A stretch of DNA of 54,871 nucleotides, from assembly GCA_027002995.1 (NCBI GenBank), contig JALWZB010000087.1, positions 1 through 54,871 of the forward strand, read 5' to 3'. Within the stretch, counting starts at the first letter, position 1; each line of letters begins with the position of its first letter. Position numbers and translations under genes: made by a program. The DNA is from Desulfurococcales archaeon (lineage in GTDB: Archaea; Thermoproteota; Thermoprotei_A; Sulfolobales; NBVN01). Under the pieces are notes generated by a model that ran no database searches, was not told the DNA's origin, and saw only the letters and a program-made list of their open reading frames with translations. Positions 48,063 through 54,871 of the stretch are shown here, piece after piece.

Positions 48063-48842
48063 CTACTTAGACTTACACCTCATAACAACTACGTAGACTC
48101 CCCCGCCTGTAGCCTCACCTATAAATAGCATTTTAGTCCTCCCTATGCTACAACACTTCTCCAATCCCTTGACTAAGGAGAGAGCCGCAGCTATGTGCCC
48201 CTTGAAGCCTGCCTTTAAAACCTCCTTAACAGGGCTTAGGTCAGCCGACTTGAGTTTAAGAGAGGCTATGGTCTTCTCAAGAATTTTAGGCTTACTCATG
48301 TACCCGCTAACAACCTTAATGCTGGACATCTTGCTCCGGCCCCTAAATAATTTCTTAATTATCCTTGGGAGGTTAGATAGAGTTATCTCTGAGAGAAGGT
48401 CTGAGAGTGCCCTTTCATCAGTGAGGGAAGTCCTCATGAAGCCCATGAATTCCTTACGTACCTCATGTTTTAGGACATCAACTTTACCCTTCTTATGGAA
48501 CTCTATAGCGACTGAGGCCGCGGGCGGTTCTCTCCTAACGACGACCATTACTGAGGGAATGCTTCGGATTGCCTGCTCTATGCCGTCATCAAGGGAGTTA
48601 AGCACGGTTACCTTTAGCCCGCCCATACCCAGTAGCTCAGGAACGACGTGGAAGTCGGGAGGGTGATTGTTGGTGTCCGCCACGAAGATGAGGTGAGTGT
48701 TAGGGGTTAAGTTAACCCTGCTAAGAACCTCGTAAGCCATGGTGATTTCATCCTCATCTATCGCGGGGGATGGCACCTTCCTGCCATCGACCTCGGCAGT
48801 ATTGGAGGGTGTGTACGTCACCCAGTCTCTGATTGATGCCAT
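48063..48842 (-). CDS. short thiolase-fold / HMG-CoA synthase-like protein without an evident catalytic cysteine
   Basis: From MASIRDW (ATG at 48842). AIDEDEITMAYEVLSRV resembles the HMGCS/KAS-III N-terminal block. LNSLDDG lies where the A-C-x-G nucleophile motif is expected. It is about 90 aa shorter than archaeal HMGCS. Confidence 0.4.
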   Translation of the reverse strand: MASIRDWVTYTPSNTAEVDGRKVPSPAIDEDEITMAYEVLSRVNLTPNTHLIFVADTNNHPPDFHVVPELLGMGGLKVTVLNSLDDGIEQAIRSIPSVMVVVRREPPAASVAIEFHKKGKVDVLKHEVRKEFMGFMRTSLTDERALSDLLSEITLSNLPRIIKKLFRGRSKMSSIKVVSGYMSKPKILEKTIASLKLKSADLSPVKEVLKAGFKGHIAAALSLVKGLEKCCSIGRTKMLFIGEATGGGVYVVVMRCKSK

Positions 48843-49053
48843 GAATCCCAAACCTAAGTCGAATATGGGAGCCCCCTTTTTATTGTTTAGGTTTTTGTTG
48901 AAGGTCAGTATAAACAATTGTCTATAATTCCCTACCCGGGGAAGGGTCAGATAACTAACGTTCATTGTTAGTAGAGTGCGCCTTGAGAGTAATTAACGTA
49001 GCGGTCATACTTTTAACGAAATACTTTACTCAGAGTACAGGTAGGGTCGGTCA

Positions 49054-50085
49054 TTGAGTAAAGTGGAGTACTCGAAGCGACTGACAGTGATGGGCATTAT
49101 TATAGGGATAATTGCGTACGCCGTAATATTCCTCTACATATACAAGGGGCACTTCCTAAAATTTTTCTACATAATCTCCAGGGGAGACATTGAAGATGCT
49201 GTAGTCGCTTACGTAGCTAGGGTTGCTGCAATAACATGCCATGCTCTAACGTGGTGGATAATAATTAGAACTTTCAGGAAAGTCAACCCCCTGAAGATAC
49301 TCGAGATAACTTTCGCTGCAATATTCGTTGAGTTCATAGTACCTGTTGGCGGCGCAACGGAAGTTGCTAAGTTATTCCTCGTACTTAAATTAGGGTCACT
49401 AAATAGAGAAGAAGGTATAGCGTCCATACTGATGCATAGGCTCGTTGTATCCCTAACAATCTTTGTAACAACCCTCATATCCCTCATACTCATCAGTGCT
49501 CCACCAATACTCTTTATAATCCTGGGTCTCCCAGCCTTAGCTCTTCTCCTCATTAACATGGGTGTCTATGTACTACCTAAATCCAAGAGAGTTGAGCACC
49601 TTGCTGATAGGTTCTTCTCTAGGTTCGGTATCAGTGTCACGGGTTTTGCCGAGAACTATAAGTTATGCATGGCGAAGATAAAAAAGTACAAAAAGCTCCT
49701 CATATTGGCTACCCTAATGGCTTTTGGTGAGAGGTTATCTAACGCTGTGTTCGGGATGGCCGTAGCGGGGATTGCGGGCACTCATCTAAGCATGCCGCAA
49801 GCTTTTCTAACGTTTGACTCGCTCTACACGGTAATCTGGTTGTTGCCGGCCATAACGCCTGGAGGTATCGGGATATTCGAGTTCATCCAGATGCTCCTCT
49901 TAAGCTACATAGGTGTTGGGGTACAGGAGGCAGCGACAATGAGCATAGTGTCGAGGATATACTACGTTGTCGGCGAGTATCCGTTGTTCATAGCGTCAGT
50001 AGCGGCTCTGGGGTACAGTGTTAAGTCCTTCATACGTCAAGCCTTTAGTAACAGCAATCAGCGAAAACATCGCGCAAAGACCTAG
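49054..50085 (+). CDS. polytopic membrane protein (UPF0104 / flippase-like family)
   Basis: 343 aa with about 8 TM helices. The organisation is as in lysyl-PG-synthase TM-region homologues. Family assignment is weak. Confidence 0.45.
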   Translation: MSKVEYSKRLTVMGIIIGIIAYAVIFLYIYKGHFLKFFYIISRGDIEDAVVAYVARVAAITCHALTWWIIIRTFRKVNPLKILEITFAAIFVEFIVPVGGATEVAKLFLVLKLGSLNREEGIASILMHRLVVSLTIFVTTLISLILISAPPILFIILGLPALALLLINMGVYVLPKSKRVEHLADRFFSRFGISVTGFAENYKLCMAKIKKYKKLLILATLMAFGERLSNAVFGMAVAGIAGTHLSMPQAFLTFDSLYTVIWLLPAITPGGIGIFEFIQMLLLSYIGVGVQEAATMSIVSRIYYVVGEYPLFIASVAALGYSVKSFIRQAFSNSNQRKHRAKT

Positions 50086-50158
50086 CACGGAGCTTAGTGC
50101 GAGGCACCGCATTGTCCTTATTAGGGCGTTTGACCAAGTTCTTTAGGTGCGTTAAAGG

Positions 50159-50527
50159 TTGGCTGTGAACAAGGAGGAAATACGGAAAAGGGTCATAGAG
50201 GCCCTGAAGCAGGTTTACGACCCGGAAATACCGATCAATGTGTGGGACCTAGGGTTAATTTACGATATCAACGTCACTGATGATGGAGTCGTGAATATTA
50301 AGATGACGCTCACAGCACCCGGTTGTCCCCTTGCAAACATGATAGTTTACAGGGTTTACTTAGCGATCCAAAATGTTGAAGGCGTTAAGGACGTGAATGT
50401 GGATGTAGTGTTCGATCCTCCCTGGGATCCAACTAAGATGACACCTGAAGGGCGCCGGAAGTTCAAGGAGTTAATGGGATACGACATCGTTGAAACGTAT
50501 GAGAGTAGCAAGAGGGGAGGAAGTTGA
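50159..50527 (+). CDS. DUF59 / MIP18-family Fe-S assembly protein (SufT/PaaD-like)
   Basis: VYDPEIPINVWDLGLIYDI...MTLTAPGCPLA. Confidence 0.85.
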   Translation: MAVNKEEIRKRVIEALKQVYDPEIPINVWDLGLIYDINVTDDGVVNIKMTLTAPGCPLANMIVYRVYLAIQNVEGVKDVNVDVVFDPPWDPTKMTPEGRRKFKELMGYDIVETYESSKRGGS

Positions 50528-51036
50528 GCCCTGTTGAAGAACACAGGAAAGCCGCAGAAAGCTTAGTGGTTCGCTTCTGTGCTGTCGTAACCAGCGACGC
50601 TGTTTACGAGGGGCGGCGACGAGATGAGGTAACGCCACTCGTGGCTTCCTTAGTGACTGACGCTGGACACATACTCGTTAATGCTGTCATCGTTCCGAAT
50701 AAGCGTGAGGAGATAAGGAAAGCTATTACTGTGGCAGCAAAGGAATGTGATGTGGTCATAGTCACAGGAGGTACGGGGATAAGCCGGAAGGACTTGTCTG
50801 TGGATGTCGCGAAGGAATTATGTGTTAAGGACTTACCTGGGTTTGGAGAGCTCTTCAGATACTTAACGTTCACGAAGCATGGTACGGCGGCAATAGCTAC
50901 TCGTGCGTTCGCCTGTGTTACTGACTCTGCATTAATCTTCGTTACGCCGGGCTCCAAGGACGCCGTTAGGATGGCGCTTAACGAGTTAATTCTGCCTGAA
51001 GTCAAGCACCTCGTGTACGAGACCAGGAAGTCCTAG
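50524..51036 (+). CDS. moaB: molybdenum cofactor biosynthesis protein MoaB/MogA family
   Basis: VVIVTGGTGISRKDLSVDV and PGSKDAV blocks. It is 4-nt overlapped with the upstream gene. Confidence 0.8.
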   Translation: MSPVEEHRKAAESLVVRFCAVVTSDAVYEGRRRDEVTPLVASLVTDAGHILVNAVIVPNKREEIRKAITVAAKECDVVIVTGGTGISRKDLSVDVAKELCVKDLPGFGELFRYLTFTKHGTAAIATRAFACVTDSALIFVTPGSKDAVRMALNELILPEVKHLVYETRKS

Positions 51037-51454
51037 CAATCCGCGACGTAGTTAATTATTTTCCCTAGCCACAGCATATTCTCAGAGGAGCTAGGGATTG
51101 AGTAGTCATTAACTCGTGACGTTGTCCCTTCAATAACGTTGCCGTTATAGTTTTCACTATTGCCTTGACATCGCTATCTCTATCATTGTTCTGGTTGCGG
51201 TTTTAGCCTCTACCATCACCACGATCCTAGCCATTATTCCTGCCACGGTCCTTGAAAGCTGTCTAGGTAGCAATCTCGCTACCTGTACTCGCTAATGGGT
51301 ACTAGCCTAAACATGGGCTTCACTATTAAGATTAAGGCAGGACTATGCAGGATGGCCAACTCATGTCTGGCGAAAATAACCCTGTTCCTCGAGATACTGA
51401 GGTATTAACTCGCATCTAATGTATTGGGTAGAAGACAAGGTTCAACGGCCTTAA

Positions 51455-52051
51455 ATGTGGGGCGTGTTGGAGGTTCTTCCTAAACCTTTAAAGCCTCTAC
51501 CGCAGGATAGTATTCATGGCGCTCGGGCCTTGACTCTATTAGAGGTTATCCGCCTACCTCGTAGCATCGCTCAACGCCTCCGCACGGAAGCCGAGAGGCA
51601 GGGTATGGGGCTGGAAGAGTACCTCGTGGAGCTTGCTACGCAGGACCTAGACCCGCCAGAGAGGGCGCGAGAATACGTTGAAGCGGCGCGAGAACTCTTA
51701 GAGCAGGCCCGCGAAGAGCTGGGAGAGGGTGATGTAAGGCAGGCTGCGGAGAAGGTCTGGGGCGCTACGGCACTGGCGGTCAAAGCATACGCAGCCTGGA
51801 GGGAGGGGAGGAGGCTTACCAGCCACGGGGAGCTGTGGAGGTACACTCTAGTACTACGTAGAGAGCTTGGGAAATGGGTTAGCAATGCATGGAATGCTGG
51901 AAACAGCATGCACACCTGCTTCTACGAAGGGTGGTGTAGCAGGGAACACGTAGAAGACGCAATTGAGGAAATAGAGAGGCTAGTAAAAATCATCGAAGAG
52001 AAGATTAAAAAAGCCGCACGAAACCACAACCGGAACAGCCCCGAGGCATAA
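51455..52051 (+). CDS. PaREP1-family protein (HEPN-like helical domain) with an RHH-like N-terminal segment
   Basis: RLRTEAERQGMGLEEYLVELATQDLDPPERAREYVEAARELLEQAREELGEGDVRQAAEKVWGATALAVKAYA...NSMHTCFYEGW matches the PaREP1 pattern common in Thermoproteales and Sulfolobales. Confidence 0.7.
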   Translation: MWGVLEVLPKPLKPLPQDSIHGARALTLLEVIRLPRSIAQRLRTEAERQGMGLEEYLVELATQDLDPPERAREYVEAARELLEQAREELGEGDVRQAAEKVWGATALAVKAYAAWREGRRLTSHGELWRYTLVLRRELGKWVSNAWNAGNSMHTCFYEGWCSREHVEDAIEEIERLVKIIEEKIKKAARNHNRNSPEA

Positions 52052-52159
52052 AATCTCATCAAAGACCATTGATGGAGGCTTAATAGGGGTAGCTCCCTAG
52101 CACTTAAGAAAACACAATCTTGGTCTCAAAAATGTGTGGTAAAGGGGCTAGTCGCATGT

Positions 52160-52442
52160 TATGCGTCTGAGAATCAATGAGTTGGCGAGGGCACTGGTAA
52201 AGCTCGATGATCTGCTGGATAAACACCGTATTGGATACGCTGTCGTTGGTGGCTAGGCATACCGTCTCCTAGGCGTGCCCACGGTCGAGCCGAGTGACAT
52301 CGACATCCTCGTGAGCGGAGAGGATATGATGAAGCTGAACGCCATAATCCGTCGGAAGCGAAATATTACCGTGCCTGAACCGATAAGGTGGCGAGAGGAG
52401 GGTGTGGTTAAAGGGTTGAATGGAGGCAGAAACTTTTATTAG
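52160..52442 (+). pseudogene. decayed minimal nucleotidyltransferase (MNT-like) gene
   Basis: Reads MRLRINELARALVK, then a frameshift near 52200, then KLDDLLDKHRIGYAVVGG*AYRLLGVPTVEPSDIDILVSGEDMMKL. The GG-x-A...DIDIL pattern indicates a Pol-beta-type NTase. An in-frame TAG sits at 52254-52256. The frame ends 6 nt before tnpA. Confidence 0.4.
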
Positions 52443-52448
52443 GGTCAG

Positions 52449-53093
52449 ATGATGTCTTCAGAGAGGTTGTTGAAGCCTAGGGAGTTTTGTGGGTTTCTCG
52501 GTATTAGTTATAGGACTTTTAAGCGGTGGGTTTCTGAGGGGAGGATACGGGTTGTTAGAACACCCACGGGGAGAATAAGAGTGCCGTATTCTGAAGTTGA
52601 GCGTATTCTTGGAGGAAAACTGGAAGCTAAAGAGATTAGAGCCTTAATCTATGCCCGTGTAAGCTATAGTGACCAGAAGAGCGACCTTGAGAGACAAATA
52701 CAGTACCTAACACAGTACCGCTCGGCTAAGGGATACAGGGTTATAGATGTTTTAAGCGATGTTGCTAGTGGTCTTAGGACTAACCGTAAAGGCTTGCTAA
52801 AGCTCTTCAACTACGTGGTCAATAGGCAAGCAGACGTGGTGGTAATCACTTACAAGGATAGGCTCACTAGGTCCGGCTTCGAGTACCTTGAGTACTTCTT
52901 CAAACAACATGGTGTAAAGATCGAAGTTGTCTATGGTGATGAGCCTAAGGATGCTTACCAAGAGCTTGTAGAGGATTTGATAGCAATTGTGACATCTTTT
53001 GCTAGTAAGCTCTACGGGTTGAGAAGCCGTAAGAAAAAGAAGCTTGTGCAAGGCTCCAAGAATCTCCTAGAACAGGATGAGAAGAATGACTAG
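52449..53093 (+). CDS. tnpA: IS607-family serine recombinase TnpA (MerR-like HTH + resolvase catalytic domain)
   Basis: N-terminal HTH LKPREFCGFLGISYRTFKRWVSEGRI, then ALIYARVSYSDQKSDLERQ containing the catalytic serine block, and VVVITYKDRLTR. Confidence 0.85.
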   Translation: MMSSERLLKPREFCGFLGISYRTFKRWVSEGRIRVVRTPTGRIRVPYSEVERILGGKLEAKEIRALIYARVSYSDQKSDLERQIQYLTQYRSAKGYRVIDVLSDVASGLRTNRKGLLKLFNYVVNRQADVVVITYKDRLTRSGFEYLEYFFKQHGVKIEVVYGDEPKDAYQELVEDLIAIVTSFASKLYGLRSRKKKKLVQGSKNLLEQDEKND

Positions 53094-54378
53094 AGTTGCA
53101 CGGACAGTTATTGTTAAGAGTATTAAGCTTCCGAGGAAGGTGTTTAGGGTTTTCGTTGAGCTTGAGGGTATGTACCGCAACATGGTCGAGCAACTAGTGA
53201 TGTATGCTGTTAGGAATAGTGTTAAGAGCTTTATTAGGCTCAAGGCATTGAAGTACCGTGAGATAAGAAACCTCTATCCACAACTACCTTCACATTACGT
53301 TTATACTGCATGTCAGGACGCTAGTACTAGGGCTAAAAGCTTTCTAAGGCTAAAGAAGCTGGGCATAGCTAAGAGGGAGTACCCAGAGGTTAGGAAGGTT
53401 AGTATATGGCTTGACGACCACCTATGGAAGCCCGATGGGTATACATTCGTTAGAATAGCTACTCACAAGGGATGGGTAGCAGTAGAGCTTGAACTACATA
53501 AACAGTATTGGAGGTATGTTAATCGTGGATGGAGGCTAGCTAGTGAAGCCAAGATGAAGCTTGACAAAAAGAACAAGCAACTCATAATCTGCCTGACCTT
53601 CGTTAAAGAAGTAAAAGAGTATAAGCCTAAAGGATACTTGACTGTTGATGTTAATGAGAACAATATTACGATACTAGTTGATGGCGTGGCTTACCTCTTC
53701 GAGACCGATACCACGAAGCTTGTCCTCGGATACTATTATTGTAGAAAGAGGATTCAAGAGAGATACGATAAACTCTACGGTAAGAAATCAAGGATTAAAA
53801 GGAAAACTATGAGGAAGCTCAAGGAGAGGAAGAAAAAGAATGATATCAAGTGGAAGATAGCGAACATTATAGTTAAGACTGCTTACGAGAGAGGATATGC
53901 TGTTGTTCTTGAGAAACTGGGCAAGAAACCAGCTAGCAATATGATTGAGAGGGTGAGGGATAAGCAGCTGCGTCACAGGATATTCCAGGCGTCCTTCAAA
54001 GGTATCCAGAAAGCTATTGAGGAGAAGGCTAGGGAATATGGTGTTCCGATAATCTACGAGCCGCCGAAAGATACATCAGTCAGGTGCCCAATACACAATG
54101 CCCCGATAATCTACAGTAACGGGTCTAGAATCGGGAAATGCAGCAAAGGCGGAGAACCATGGCATCGTGACGTAGTAGCTTGCTGGAATCTCCTCCTCAA
54201 AACCCTACGGGGCAATGGGAGCAACGCTCCAAGCCCCGCAGGGCATACCCCCGTAGATGTGAGGCTCGTGCCGTTAGCCTCGAATGCCACCCATGACCCC
54301 ATAACCCTACCAAAAAGGTTATGGGCGAGGTGGAACTCCCTAGAAACGACACGAACTAACATAAAACGAATGGAATGA
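53077..54378 (+). CDS. tnpB: TnpB (OrfB_IS605) RuvC-like RNA-guided nuclease
   Basis: RuvC-I LTVDVNENN, RuvC-II AVVLEKLG, zinc ribbon CPIH...KCSKGG, and RuvC-III WHRDVVACWNL. All three acidic catalytic positions appear intact. Confidence 0.9.
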   Translation: MRRMTRVARTVIVKSIKLPRKVFRVFVELEGMYRNMVEQLVMYAVRNSVKSFIRLKALKYREIRNLYPQLPSHYVYTACQDASTRAKSFLRLKKLGIAKREYPEVRKVSIWLDDHLWKPDGYTFVRIATHKGWVAVELELHKQYWRYVNRGWRLASEAKMKLDKKNKQLIICLTFVKEVKEYKPKGYLTVDVNENNITILVDGVAYLFETDTTKLVLGYYYCRKRIQERYDKLYGKKSRIKRKTMRKLKERKKKNDIKWKIANIIVKTAYERGYAVVLEKLGKKPASNMIERVRDKQLRHRIFQASFKGIQKAIEEKAREYGVPIIYEPPKDTSVRCPIHNAPIIYSNGSRIGKCSKGGEPWHRDVVACWNLLLKTLRGNGSNAPSPAGHTPVDVRLVPLASNATHDPITLPKRLWARWNSLETTRTNIKRME

Positions 54379-54386
54379 ACACTTAG

Positions 54387-54871
54387 GGAGAAACGGACGC
54401 GAGAAAGTTAATTACTTTAATCGTGGATTCGGTTGCTGAGGAACTCTATAATTATGGGTTCGAGCATGTGGTCATAGCTGATAGTCACGGATACATGACT
54501 AACGTTATCTACACGGAACTCAAAACTAGTGCTTGGCTCCTTCAGGGATTCCCAAGGCCTTTCTCGATGGTGCATGGTTTAGAGAAGGAGAAGTATGATG
54601 CCGTCCTCTTCATCGGTTACCATGCCCCAGCAGGTTCAAGCGAAGCGTACCTTAGCCACACGATGAGTTCATCCACTATTCAGAGGGTCTACGTGAATGG
54701 GGAACTGGCGAGTGAGTACTACCTTAATGCTCTGTATGCGGGCGAGTACGGCGTGCCCGTAGTGATGGTTGCTGGCGACGAGGCGTTAAGGGAGCACGTG
54801 AAGAAGCACACGCCGTGGGCGGTGTTCATTCCGCTAAAGAAGGGTGTGGCGTGGTCAGCCTCCCTTAATCC
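54387..54871 (+). pseudogene. dppA: 5'-truncated D-aminopeptidase DppA (peptidase M55) gene; continues beyond the right edge
   Basis: The frame opens after a TAG at 54384-54386. It reads ETDARKLITLIVDSVAEELYNYGFEHVVIADSHGYM...FIGYHAPAGS...VPVVMVAGDEA, matching M55 DppA from about residue 28 onward. The N-terminal MK.Y.S.DMEG metal-ligand block is missing. Confidence 0.7.

Larger units (their letters stand above)
52443..54386 (+). mobile_element. IS607-type insertion sequence (IS200/IS605 superfamily) carrying tnpA (serine recombinase) and tnpB; ends approximate
   Basis: The two overlapping genes have the diagnostic IS607 pairing. The left limit is bounded by the NTase remnant ending at 52442. 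The right limit is bounded by dppA homology resuming at about 54387. No terminal inverted repeats are expected for this family. Confidence 0.75.

Noticed and set aside
1-54871. CRISPR arrays, rRNA genes and additional tRNA genes
   Set aside because: I saw no regularly spaced direct repeats and no rRNA-like conserved blocks. The only GGTTCAAAT T-loop signature is the one in the tRNA-iMet gene.

Overview
This window appears to be chromosomal DNA from a hyperthermophilic crenarchaeon. A Thermoproteales-like origin is inferred from a PaREP1 gene, a short XPF, the archaeal PoK/PPS CoA route, a membrane H+-PPase and a multi-intron tRNA. Coding density is high and there is no rRNA gene or CRISPR array.

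Main blocks:
- ABC-2 exporter (0.3-2.3 kb).
- Archaeal coenzyme A cluster: panE, panB, PPS, PoK, coaBC (3.1-7.9 kb).
- Small conserved genes and an endonuclease IV-like gene (8-13.5 kb).
- Proteasome/exosome superoperon: psmA, SBDS, rrp4, rrp41, rrp42, L37Ae, Brix, Pcc1, prefoldin beta, a DUF3194-like ORF, a DHH phosphoesterase and XPF (17.2-25.1 kb).
- EF-2, H+-pyrophosphatase, SAH hydrolase, PPDK, a divergent lrp/glnA pair and a thiolase/DUF35 operon.
- A decayed accessory patch at 51-54.9 kb: PaREP1, a broken nucleotidyltransferase, an IS607-type tnpA/tnpB element and a 5'-truncated dppA.

The most unusual locus is at 14.59-16.08 kb on the minus strand. It is an initiator tRNA-Met gene interrupted by three bulge-helix-bulge (BHB) introns. 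The canonical 37/38 intron is 1,363 nt and encodes a two-motif LAGLIDADG homing endonuclease. Two of the BHB motifs overlap around a 2-nt exon.

The gene ends flanking this tRNA, and the window as a whole, show abrupt switches in synonymous-site strand composition, some of them inside genes.

All calls come from reading the sequence and ORF translations by eye. No database search or folding program was run.
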